From the IMG/VR virus record IMGVR_UViG_3300035670_000154, positions 1-64,000 of that record: a stretch of DNA of 64,000 nucleotides; one strand, 5' to 3'. Made by a program: the position numbers and the translations under genes. How positions within the stretch are numbered: the stretch's first letter is position 1; every line of letters starts with the position of its first letter. Origin of the DNA: a virus. The notes below the pieces were generated by a model, which saw nothing but the letters and a program-made list of their open reading frames with translations, did no database searches and had not been told where the DNA came from. Shown here piece after piece: positions 1 to 8,168 of the stretch.

Positions 1-207
1 GTGTGTATGTATCAAAAAGAGCTAAAGTTTAATAATCATCGTTTTAATGCGTTTTAGCCAATAGACGGCGTTTTGTGGTGTTTTTGTGTAAAATATTTGA
101 CTTTTTGTTTGGCTTGTGGTATTCGCGTGTTTTTGTGTCGGTTGGTAAAGTTTGGAAAATGTTGCTAATTAAGGTTAAAATAAGAAAATTCTTTTTAAAT
201 TTGGCGG

Positions 208-657
208 TTAAAAAGATTGAACGGTAGCTTCATGAAGCCAAAGCTCATCAGTAAACCACCCATACCAAGTATTATAATATCCATGATAACATGGCTGCTT
301 TCTCTGTTTATAAATTTCATATTCCGCTTTATCAAATATTTTCAAAAACTCAATAAAAAAATCAATACCTTTTATTTTATTTTTGTCAATATATCTATGA
401 TTGTTATTGTTTTCTTCATTTTTATTTTTGTAATAACATTTAATTTTCGGGTACGATGTGTTTTTGTGTATAAACTCAACAAATAAATTATTTACATTTA
501 TAGTTATGTTATATATATTTATTTTAAAATAACCAATGCCGTCAACATTTTCCATTAGACTTACAATTAAACTATTTGTATTAATTCTTTTTTCATTGGC
601 TCTTTTATTAATCTCAGACAACAAATCATCAATGCCAAATCCTGATAAATCAGTCAT
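208..657 (-). CDS. hypothetical phage protein
   Basis: 149-aa ORF, GAGGT RBS upstream, co-oriented with neighbours; no motif recognised. Confidence 0.6.
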   Translation of the reverse strand: MTDLSGFGIDDLLSEINKRANEKRINTNSLIVSLMENVDGIGYFKINIYNITINVNNLFVEFIHKNTSYPKIKCYYKNKNEENNNNHRYIDKNKIKGIDFFIEFLKIFDKAEYEIYKQRKQPCYHGYYNTWYGWFTDELWLHEATVQSF

Positions 658-670
658 AAAACACCTCTTT

Positions 671-901
671 TCATTTATAATCTCTAATACCTATCAAAGA
701 CATGTCTTCTGAAGCAATCATAAAAACCTTTTTAGACTCATCACAACGCATTTGTGGGCGTACCGATAGTGTTACATAAATTATTTTACCATCTTCAGAT
801 GAATAAATCTCCTCAAGAAGTCTGGTTTCATAAAAAATTTCTGCATATCTTTTTGCCTTAGCAATTGCATCAATATATATTTTAGGTATTAAATCACTCA
901 T
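671..901 (-). CDS. hypothetical protein
   Basis: 76-aa ORF, AGGAG RBS upstream on minus strand. Confidence 0.6.
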   Translation of the reverse strand: MSDLIPKIYIDAIAKAKRYAEIFYETRLLEEIYSSEDGKIIYVTLSVRPQMRCDESKKVFMIASEDMSLIGIRDYK

Positions 902-1067
902 TTTTTTACTCCTTTTCTAATGTATACAAATACCAATACCAATTTCAAAATTAACCTCAAATGAATCTGCATTTAATATATCTATAAACCAAACATCTTC
1001 ATCTTCACTTATTTTTTTAGCTTAAGTTGTTCGTCTACATTTTTCTTAAAATTAGCCCAAGAAATAC

Positions 1068-1460
1068 TCATTTTGTTCTCCAGATAAAGTTAAATATTCT
1101 TTTAAATACACTAATCTTACCATAATTGCGAAAAAAACTCTCTTCTTCTTTTCTTGCTTTTTTTGTCTCTTTTTCAATTTCTTCATCAAGAGTATTTTTT
1201 ATAAGCATTGACATATTTTCTTTATCCAAACAATAAAAATAAATATATGAATGCGTCATAGATTCTTTGTAAATTTTCTTTTTTGAAAATAAACCGCAAA
1301 TAAATATTGAATAATACACACTCCTTTCTTCAAAGCACTTAAACTTTTCAAATTTAAATCGTCCTGCCTTAAAGCTCCAATCAGCAAGTTCATCAAACTC
1401 GCATCCTGTTATTCTTTTTAGTGAAATCAACTCTTCTATTTTATCTGATATTGCGCTCAT
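1068..1460 (-). CDS. hypothetical protein
   Basis: 130-aa ORF with GGAG RBS. Confidence 0.6.
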   Translation of the reverse strand: MSAISDKIEELISLKRITGCEFDELADWSFKAGRFKFEKFKCFEERSVYYSIFICGLFSKKKIYKESMTHSYIYFYCLDKENMSMLIKNTLDEEIEKETKKARKEEESFFRNYGKISVFKRIFNFIWRTK

Positions 1461-1518
1461 TTTTTATCTCCAAAAAAAATCATTATATCACAAAAATATG
1501 TTATAGTGTTATTTTTTT

Positions 1519-2004
1519 ATGGAGGATAATATGTATGATTGTATAGAGGTTGCTTGGCAAACATTAAAAGACGCTAGAAAACTTGGTGTTCATCTATCAA
1601 ACCAAAGGCTTCAAAAGATTGTTTATATATCTCACGGATATTTTTTAGCGCTATATAACAAGCCTTTGGTTTATGATAATGTAGAGGCGTTTTTAGGCGG
1701 TCCATGTTTTCCAAAAATTTATCAGTTATTTTCAGAATATAAAGAAAATGAAATTCCAGTTTCAGATTCAATTGAAACTGATTTGCGTTTTGACACTAGT
1801 GCCAGTTACGTTATAAATTATGTTTTAAAGCTATACGGAAATTTAGATTGTAATAAATTGGTTGCATTAACAACAGGCGAATTATCTCCGTCAAAAAAAT
1901 ATTTTAAAGAGCAGAGTGAACATTTAATTACAATTGAAAACGACGTAATAAAAAATCACTATAGAAAAGTAATTTCAGATATATATTACGCAGGTTCTTT
2001 GTAA
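1519..2004 (+). CDS. Panacea (DUF4065/SocA/GepA-like) domain antitoxin-like protein
   Basis: Motif SNQRLQKIVYISHGYFLALYNKPLVYDNVEAFLGGPCFPKIY matches the Panacea LQKLLY...L....fEAW..GPV...lY pattern. Confidence 0.8.
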   Translation: MEDNMYDCIEVAWQTLKDARKLGVHLSNQRLQKIVYISHGYFLALYNKPLVYDNVEAFLGGPCFPKIYQLFSEYKENEIPVSDSIETDLRFDTSASYVINYVLKLYGNLDCNKLVALTTGELSPSKKYFKEQSEHLITIENDVIKNHYRKVISDIYYAGSL

Positions 2005-2041
2005 TACAAAAAACAATTTAATACACATTTTGGAGTAAGTA

Positions 2042-2275
2042 ATGTTTAAAAAAGATACATTTTACAGATCAGACGCAGACGTTGATCAATCAATAAAATC
2101 AAACAAAAAACCAAACGCTCAGATATATGTTATTGATGTTGTTGATAACCAAATAATTGTTAATTTTTCAGTTAATGGCAAAGATTTATACTTAAACAGA
2201 AAATTGGAAATAAAAAATGGATGTTATGTTGAAATCATGGGAATAAGGTTTAGCGAAAAAGGTGAAAAACAATAA
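2042..2275 (+). CDS. hypothetical protein
   Basis: 77-aa ORF, GGAG RBS, directly downstream of Panacea gene. Confidence 0.6.
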   Translation: MFKKDTFYRSDADVDQSIKSNKKPNAQIYVIDVVDNQIIVNFSVNGKDLYLNRKLEIKNGCYVEIMGIRFSEKGEKQ

Positions 2276-2304
2276 AAAAATCACTTATTTTTACAAATAC
2301 ATAC

Positions 2305-2346
2305 AAACACACCAAAAAACCTTTTTAATTGAAATTTGGTGTGTTT
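2305..2346. terminator. probable bidirectional terminator hairpin
   Basis: AAACACACCAAA/TTTGGTGTGTTT inverted repeat between convergent genes. Confidence 0.6.
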
Positions 2347-2354
2347 TAATACGT

Positions 2355-2807
2355 CTATCTAACAACCCTGGTGTTTCCATAACCACCTATTACCTTAACA
2401 CGATCACCAACAGATAGTTTTTGATTATCGCTTTCTTGAACAACAACAAATAATTTTCCATCATCACCTTTTAAAACAATTTCAACGGCATTTTTAATTG
2501 ATGATGCCTCTGATATTTTTTGACCAGCAATTCCACCAGCAACAGCACCAATTACACCACCTATCATACCATACTTTGTGTTTGATAACCCATTTGATCC
2601 AATAATACCACCAACAGCAGCTCCAGCACCAGTGCCTAGCCCTGTTTTCTGATCTTGGATAAAAACCTCTCTTATTGAATCAATTGTAGCATATCTTACC
2701 TGCATTTCTGTTTGAGCTAATCCAGATTGGTAAATAGAGGGCTTTTGGTTTGTATAGCTAACACATCCAGATAAAGCGATACATAAAAACAGAATTGATT
2801 TTTTCAT
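2355..2807 (-). CDS. SlyB/Pcp-like glycine-zipper outer-membrane lipoprotein
   Basis: Lipobox LSGC, glycine zipper GTGAGAAVGGIIG...GAVAGGIAG, C-terminal VVQE...GDRVKV typical of SlyB family. Confidence 0.85.
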   Translation of the reverse strand: MKKSILFLCIALSGCVSYTNQKPSIYQSGLAQTEMQVRYATIDSIREVFIQDQKTGLGTGAGAAVGGIIGSNGLSNTKYGMIGGVIGAVAGGIAGQKISEASSIKNAVEIVLKGDDGKLFVVVQESDNQKLSVGDRVKVIGGYGNTRVVR

Positions 2808-3145
2808 ACTAATTCAACCTTTCCTTTTATAACTTTGCATTTAAAGTTTGCAAAATCAGGGTCTTTTTTAATAACAAGATCAAGCATTTTTTCATAAGTT
2901 TCTTTTTTCATAAATTTTATTCTTCTTGTTTTACTTAAAACCCCATTAAAATATCCATACTTATCTGTTCCAAGATAAAGATACCTTCCAGCCTTTGCTA
3001 AAAACAACACACTTCCGTTTTTTTCATCAATATCTGATTTTTCATACGGCTTTTTATATGTCTTTTGTGGCTTTTTCTTAACGGTAGGCTCTTTTTTTAC
3101 TACTTTTGGTAAATTTAATATAGGGCTTAACCAACTTGCTAACAT
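2804..3145 (-). CDS. hypothetical basic protein
   Basis: 113-aa ORF overlapping next start. Confidence 0.55.
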   Translation of the reverse strand: MLASWLSPILNLPKVVKKEPTVKKKPQKTYKKPYEKSDIDEKNGSVLFLAKAGRYLYLGTDKYGYFNGVLSKTRRIKFMKKETYEKMLDLVIKKDPDFANFKCKVIKGKVELV

Positions 3146-3146
3146 A

Positions 3147-3380
3147 TCAATTCCTTTCCAATATTTTTTTTAATTCAGTTAGCGATAATATCGCATGATC
3201 AATATCAATTGAGCTTATTTCACAATCAAAAATAATTCCCTTACCGTCTTTTGCAACTGAACAAAAGTCTCTTGGCTTTCCCATTCTAGTGTAAGTAATT
3301 TTAGCCAATCCGTCATCATCATAAAACACATCAAATCTACTCATAACTCTATCCCAAAACACGTTCAATTTCTTTTTCAT
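3147..3380 (-). CDS. hypothetical protein
   Basis: 77-aa ORF in tightly packed operon. Confidence 0.55.
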   Translation of the reverse strand: MKKKLNVFWDRVMSRFDVFYDDDGLAKITYTRMGKPRDFCSVAKDGKGIIFDCEISSIDIDHAILSLTELKKILERN

Positions 3381-3786
3381 ATAACTCTATGCTTGCGTCA
3401 ATTACTGAGGTGTCTGGCATTCCATTATCTCCATAACTAACTCGAACATTACCATCGTACCATTCAACAAAAGCAACCTCTTTACCAATATTGTGTTTCT
3501 CACAAACATTAACAGCAGATTTTATCACAAAATAATTGGTTGTTAAAAACACTAATGGAATACAAACATTGTTGTTTTTAGCATGATGCAAAGTTATTAA
3601 AATATCAGTTTCAACCTCATTGTAAACCTTTAATGGGTGTGTTGTATATCGATAATATCTATAATTAAGCCTAGGAATATCAGAGAATAAAGCATGCTCA
3701 AACGGGTCTTCTATTAGAAAAATAAAACTAGTTCCATCATCAGCTATTTCTTTAATTTCTTCTTTAATTTGTTGTTCTGGTGTCAT
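3349..3786 (-). CDS. protein resembling the degenerate C-terminal part of an ABC/AAA_21-type ATPase
   Basis: FIFLIEDPFEHAL (Walker B/D-loop-like), VFLTTNYFVIK (H-loop-like), GMPDTSVIDASIELYEKEI tail; no Walker A. Confidence 0.45.
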   Translation of the reverse strand: MTPEQQIKEEIKEIADDGTSFIFLIEDPFEHALFSDIPRLNYRYYRYTTHPLKVYNEVETDILITLHHAKNNNVCIPLVFLTTNYFVIKSAVNVCEKHNIGKEVAFVEWYDGNVRVSYGDNGMPDTSVIDASIELYEKEIERVLG

Positions 3787-4289
3787 TGTTTTTTCCAATT
3801 AAATAAAAAATTCCAAAATGATGGTTTATCTTTTCTTTTACCTTTTCTTTTAAACCTATTTATAAAGTCATCAACGACAGCAATCTCCATTTCTTTTTCT
3901 TTTTGTCTTTTTTCTATAAAATTTTTTGTGTTTATTTCTTTTTCTGTAATAACTGAATCTAAAATATTATCTATTACTTTTAAACAAATTCCCTTAACCT
4001 CTCCATCGAAACACCAATCTTCTGTACAATAAGATTCAGACTTATACCATGAATAAACAGTAGCGTCTCCTTTTATGCTTTTGATTTTAATATAAACACG
4101 TAAAAAGTTTTTGCCAAAAATACTTAAAAGAACAATGTCGTTAAGCACAAGCTCTTTAAACGTGTCGCCTTCATCTGTAATTCTGAAATCAAGAATATGT
4201 AATATGACTTCAGATATATTACGGCAATTTTTCCATCTTTCGTGTTTATTCAACTTATCAATAATACTCTGTTCAGTTATTTCTTGCAT
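3783..4289 (-). CDS. hypothetical protein (paralogue of 4291-4821)
   Basis: Starts MQEITEQSIIDK; shares EDW...GEVKGICLKVIDNILD with neighbour. Confidence 0.65.
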   Translation of the reverse strand: MQEITEQSIIDKLNKHERWKNCRNISEVILHILDFRITDEGDTFKELVLNDIVLLSIFGKNFLRVYIKIKSIKGDATVYSWYKSESYCTEDWCFDGEVKGICLKVIDNILDSVITEKEINTKNFIEKRQKEKEMEIAVVDDFINRFKRKGKRKDKPSFWNFLFNWKKQ

Positions 4290-4290
4290 A

Positions 4291-4821
4291 TTACTTCCTT
4301 TTGTCTATTTTAAATTGTTTAATAAAGCTTTCAATGGTGTTTTTTTCTATTTTTTTTTGCAGCGCCTCTTCATTCTCATTGTTTTTTTCAAATTGCTCAT
4401 ATTTTTGAATTTCTTCTTTTCTTGCAATTAAACACACATCTAAAAGTTTATCTAATATTTCTAAAACACACTGTTTTATTTCTCCAGTTTTCTCCCACGT
4501 TTCTTCCATAAAGCGTTTATTATGGAATATTAAAATATTTTCTTTTTCACCATGAATTTCAATTGTTACTATATATCCAACACCTGGTCCAGGTGAATGA
4601 TCATATACCTTTTTGATAATTAAACCATAAGCAAATATGACATCATCATTAAAAGTTTTTCGTATTTTAATATTTTCATTTTTTCCTTTCAAATCCAACC
4701 TAAACATAAACTTAATTACATCTGAAATACCATCCAATGTCGGCAAATTATTTTTTGGATATAAAGCAAATAATTCTTCTATACATTTATCAATAATACT
4801 CTGTTCAGTTATATTTTCCAT
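4291..4821 (-). CDS. hypothetical protein (paralogue of 3783-4289)
   Basis: Likely start MENITEQSIIDK after AAAGGA RBS; ETW...GEIKQCVLEILDKLLD. Confidence 0.65.
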   Translation of the reverse strand: MENITEQSIIDKCIEELFALYPKNNLPTLDGISDVIKFMFRLDLKGKNENIKIRKTFNDDVIFAYGLIIKKVYDHSPGPGVGYIVTIEIHGEKENILIFHNKRFMEETWEKTGEIKQCVLEILDKLLDVCLIARKEEIQKYEQFEKNNENEEALQKKIEKNTIESFIKQFKIDKRK

Positions 4822-4875
4822 ATTTATTCCTTTCAACAAAAACAAAATCATACCATAAAAAAATTAAAAAAACAC

Positions 4876-4904
4876 TTGACACGTGATAATTTTTGTGATT
4901 TAAT
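4876..4904 (+). promoter_or_regulatory. sigma70-like promoter
   Basis: TTGACA-N17-TTTAAT with TG extension and A-rich upstream tract. Confidence 0.65.
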
Positions 4905-4911
4905 ATGTTTT

Positions 4912-5207
4912 TTCGCTTATATGTCGGTGCGTCGTTCGGTAAGCGGTTTTTATAAAACAAGCATATAAACTCTTCGTTTATATGCGCCTGGTGAGAAGAG
5001 CAGGACATAGCCAGGGCGGTTGGGTGAATCAAAAAAGCCGTGTTGCATAGCTGTTAAATTGTTGTGAATGTGCTATTAGAGAAATCTATCGGAAGCAGCA
5101 ATTTATGGTTTAAGTTTTTTGAGTGTAAAAGCGAGAAATGGCTCCATGTAGTTATTACATAACCGAGTGCGTATTTTTACGCATATAGGTTGTGTTTTGC
5201 TCAAAAT
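4912..5207 (+). ncRNA. putative structured non-coding RNA of unknown class
   Basis: GC-richer intergenic region downstream of promoter; perfect 10-bp stem 4961-4985, CCTG/CAGG stem, GAAA tetraloop hairpin 5077-5088, terminal TCGCTT/AAGCGA pairing. Confidence 0.6.
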
Positions 5208-5383
5208 TCACCATGTAGTTATATTAAATAGGATACTTATGATTTCTGAATTAATAATTATTTTAAACGAATTGCTTGCTTATAAATTTGAACAACAGCT
5301 TATAAAACATTATAGAATTACTATTGCCACAGACCTATTAGAACCATGTAAACAAATGAAAAAAATTGAGCGAGGTGAAAAAA

Positions 5384-5566
5384 ATGATTGAATCAGAATA
5401 TATTAATGCAACAGACCTTTGTAAGATTCGTTTAGCAAAAACCATATTGCTAGACGTTATTCCAATTTTAGATGAAAATAATAAAGATTTGGGCGTTGCG
5501 CTGGTAAGTCTGTCGAAAATAGAAGATAGGTTGTCTTCTATTGTTGTTTGTGTTGAAGAGGTTTGA
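5384..5566 (+). CDS. hypothetical protein
   Basis: GAGGTG RBS then ATG; 60 aa; stop overlaps MTase start. Confidence 0.55.
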   Translation: MIESEYINATDLCKIRLAKTILLDVIPILDENNKDLGVALVSLSKIEDRLSSIVVCVEEV

Positions 5567-6738
5567 AAGGTTTTTTCATTGTGATTAACCAATGTCTATT
5601 TGATACATTTAAAAAACCAAAAAAAACACATGATTTTTGCATTCCTTACATGGGGTCAAAACGCTGCATTGCAGAACGTTTGTTAGATGAAATGCTTAAA
5701 ATCAAACCAAACGCGAAGTATTTTTATGATCTGTTTGGTGGTGGCGGTGCAATGTCTTTTATGGCTGCTCAGTATGGGTTAAGTGTTGTTTATAATGAGA
5801 AAAATAGTGCGGCATCTAGCTTTTTAGAGTTTATTTTTGATCGTATAAAAACAGGTAAAAAAAGCAAGTTTGGCATATTCCCTGAAGAATGGTATGAATT
5901 TGTCGGTCGTGAGCAATTTTTTAGCGCAATTGCCAAAAATGATGCTTTTTCACAGTTTTGTCGTGCATGTTATTCTTTTGGAAACAAAGGAACCTCATAC
6001 TCTTTTGGCAAGCACATAGAGGAATACAGCAAGCAAAAACACAATTTTGTGCTACATAAAGATCAAAATGCTAAAAAAATAATCAAAGAGCGTTTTGATG
6101 GTGATTATTCAAGGTTTTTACATCATGTGGAAACTGGTAAAGACTGGGTAGAGCGACGCGGTTTTTTTTCAAAAACATTCTTGAAGATCGAGGCGTTGCG
6201 GGTTGCGAATCTGTATCAAAAAGACTTTTCGGACTTTTTCAGCGACTTCACACCAAAACAGTTTTATGACTACAGACAAGTCGATTTGATTGGATTGATA
6301 AACGAAAAAATACCGCATATTGACAAAAAAAAATATAAAAGTGATCGAGATTCTTTAGAATCATTAAAAGAGTTGCAGCAGTTGGAGCAGTTGCAGCAGT
6401 TGCAGCAGTTGCAGCAGTTGCAGCAGTTGGAGCGGTTTGGTACTACCAATAGTTTTTTTTCTATACAAAACAAGGATTTTTTAGATGTTGAGATAGATAC
6501 CCCAATTGATCAAACAATTGTGTATCTTGACCCGCCTTATCGTGGAACTGCTCAATACGATTTTGGTGTTGATTATGACAATCTTGACTATTATTTTAGA
6601 AACAGCCCGTTCACTTGCTTCATGAGCGAATATAACTCACCTCATAAAGAGGTGTTTTGTTTGGAAAAAAGATCACTTTTAAATCAATCAAAAGGTGATA
6701 ACGTGATTGAGCGGCTATATTGGAATGGAGTTTTATGA
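5563..6738 (+). CDS. DNA adenine methyltransferase (D12/Dam-like)
   Basis: IPYMGSK, YDLFGGGGAMS (SAM-binding motif I), VYLDPPY (motif IV), FMSEY; start position uncertain. Confidence 0.88.
   Translation: MKGFFIVINQCLFDTFKKPKKTHDFCIPYMGSKRCIAERLLDEMLKIKPNAKYFYDLFGGGGAMSFMAAQYGLSVVYNEKNSAASSFLEFIFDRIKTGKKSKFGIFPEEWYEFVGREQFFSAIAKNDAFSQFCRACYSFGNKGTSYSFGKHIEEYSKQKHNFVLHKDQNAKKIIKERFDGDYSRFLHHVETGKDWVERRGFFSKTFLKIEALRVANLYQKDFSDFFSDFTPKQFYDYRQVDLIGLINEKIPHIDKKKYKSDRDSLESLKELQQLEQLQQLQQLQQLQQLERFGTTNSFFSIQNKDFLDVEIDTPIDQTIVYLDPPYRGTAQYDFGVDYDNLDYYFRNSPFTCFMSEYNSPHKEVFCLEKRSLLNQSKGDNVIERLYWNGVL
6371..6433 (+). repeat. 9-bp tandem repeat x7 (AGTTG[C/G]AGC) encoding LQQ/LEQ
   Basis: Directly visible; in-frame within MTase. 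Confidence 0.95.
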
Positions 6739-6827
6739 AAAAAATAATATCTTGGATAGTTAGTAAAATATTTTGGTTTTTCGTGATATGCTATATAATA
6801 GCAAAGCTTTTTGGAGGTGAATATTGA
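6735..6827 (+). CDS. 30-aa hydrophobic micropeptide
   Basis: MKKIISWIVSKIFWFFVICYIIAKLFGGEY; ATGA overlap with MTase stop; GGAG upstream. Confidence 0.45.
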   Translation: MKKIISWIVSKIFWFFVICYIIAKLFGGEY

Positions 6828-6936
6828 TTTGTTTTTTATGCTTGCGATATTGGTAATAAAGTGATACAATAATAGTTAGTAAGATATTTTGGTTTTTCGT
6901 TATATGCTACCTTATAGCAAAACTTTTTGGAGATGA
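6756..6936 (+). repeat. ~65-bp imperfect direct repeat (6756-6820, 6872-6936)
   Basis: ATAGTTAGTAA.ATATTTTGGTTTTTCGT.ATATGCTA....ATAGCAAA.CTTTTTGGAG.TGA in both copies. Confidence 0.9.
6842..6870 (+). promoter_or_regulatory. sigma70-like promoter
   Basis: TTGCGA-N17-TACAAT with TG extension. Confidence 0.5.
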
Positions 6937-6939
6937 TTT

Positions 6940-7389
6940 ATGAATGGCTTTAGTAAAGCAACGATTTCGATGGAAAGAGTTGGATTGAGCATTGGTGATG
7001 GATTTAAAACACTTTCATTTGATACACACATTAATTTTGGTAAAAATGTTAGTCGTTATGCAAGAATTAATTCATTAAAAGAGCTGGTTTATACAACAGA
7101 TGTTTTCAATAAGGTTTTAAATTTTTTTAAAAATTCAGAGTGTTTTTTTTATGTTGAAGTTGATGTAAATGATGATATATATAAATTTTTTGTAGCTAGC
7201 GAAGCTGCTTTTATAAAAATAAAGCTTTCTGAAAATAAAGATGAAAATTTATATAGACAAATAGAATTTACCGATAAAGTAATAGCAAATAGATTAAAAA
7301 AAGAAGAACTTAGAGGTATTGAATATTACATTAATTTAAAAGAAAAGGCAGAATACGAATTTGAAAGAGGTTTGTGTGATTGGAAATAA
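6940..7389 (+). CDS. hypothetical protein
   Basis: 149-aa ORF with GGAG RBS. Confidence 0.6.
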   Translation: MNGFSKATISMERVGLSIGDGFKTLSFDTHINFGKNVSRYARINSLKELVYTTDVFNKVLNFFKNSECFFYVEVDVNDDIYKFFVASEAAFIKIKLSENKDENLYRQIEFTDKVIANRLKKEELRGIEYYINLKEKAEYEFERGLCDWK

Positions 7390-7424
7390 TGTGATACAAT
7401 ATGTTTTTTAACTGGAGATAAAAA

Positions 7425-7895
7425 ATGAAACAAATTGAAATTAAAATTTTAAACAGAAATCTTATTTCTGAAGAATATGGTGTAAAATATGCAACTGATG
7501 GTTCTGCTGGTGTTGATTTAAGAAATTGTGGATTAGATGAAGCAGAAGGTATTGATCTAATCACAATTAAGCCTGGTCAGACAGTTTTGTTAAAATCTGG
7601 ACTTGCTATTAACATTAAAGACCCTGGATTGGCTGCATTTATTTTTCCACGTAGCGGAATTGGTCATAAAAATGGTATTGTTCTTGGAAACTTAACTGGG
7701 GTTATTGATTCTGATTACCAAGGTGAAATCAAAATTAGTTTGTGGAATCGCTCTGATAAACCATATACAATAATGCCATACGATAGAATTGCACAAATGG
7801 TGTTTATGCCAGTTTCTCAGGTTGGATTTAATGTTGTTGATGAATTTGAAAAATCAGACCGTGGCGAAGGCGGCTTTGGTAGCACTGGTAATTAA
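7425..7895 (+). CDS. dut: dUTP diphosphatase (trimeric dUTPase)
   Basis: [35 protein letters not shown]: all five dUTPase motifs. Confidence 0.97.
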   Translation: MKQIEIKILNRNLISEEYGVKYATDGSAGVDLRNCGLDEAEGIDLITIKPGQTVLLKSGLAINIKDPGLAAFIFPRSGIGHKNGIVLGNLTGVIDSDYQGEIKISLWNRSDKPYTIMPYDRIAQMVFMPVSQVGFNVVDEFEKSDRGEGGFGSTGN

Positions 7896-7915
7896 TTTTT
7901 AAAAAAGGATTTAAA

Positions 7916-8089
7916 ATGACAAATGATCAAAAATTAGATGTTTTAGCAAAAAATCAAATGGCTTTAAAAGACGCAATAAATAGAATCGTTGATGAGCTTG
8001 GATTAATTTTGCCTGATGATGTGAATAATATGCTAAATGGAGAAGGTGGGGTAGAAGATAGTTTACGTCAAGCATTTTTAATCAAATAA
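7916..8089 (+). CDS. hypothetical 57-aa protein (not in ORF track)
   Basis: AAGGA RBS, MTNDQKLDVLAKNQMALKDAIN... Confidence 0.55.
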   Translation: MTNDQKLDVLAKNQMALKDAINRIVDELGLILPDDVNNMLNGEGGVEDSLRQAFLIK

Positions 8090-8168
8090 TATATTTATCT
8101 TGGAGTAAATGATGATGGCATGTATTGTTGCATTATATGAAATTTTAAAAGTTTAGTGGAGGTGTTTT

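Noticed and set aside
1-200. Genome terminus or terminal repeat
   Set aside because: T/G-skewed non-coding stretch, but no matching repeat at the other end of the window.
4805-5032. 75-aa minus ORF across the putative ncRNA
   Set aside because: No RBS, overlaps a promoter and the next gene; RNA structure explains the composition better.
6270-6473. Cys-repeat ORF (CCNCCN...) on minus strand
   Set aside because: Antisense shadow of the MTase 9-bp repeat.
6756-6936. Mini CRISPR array
   Set aside because: Only two ~65-bp imperfect copies; the Cas4-like gene sits in a recombination operon.
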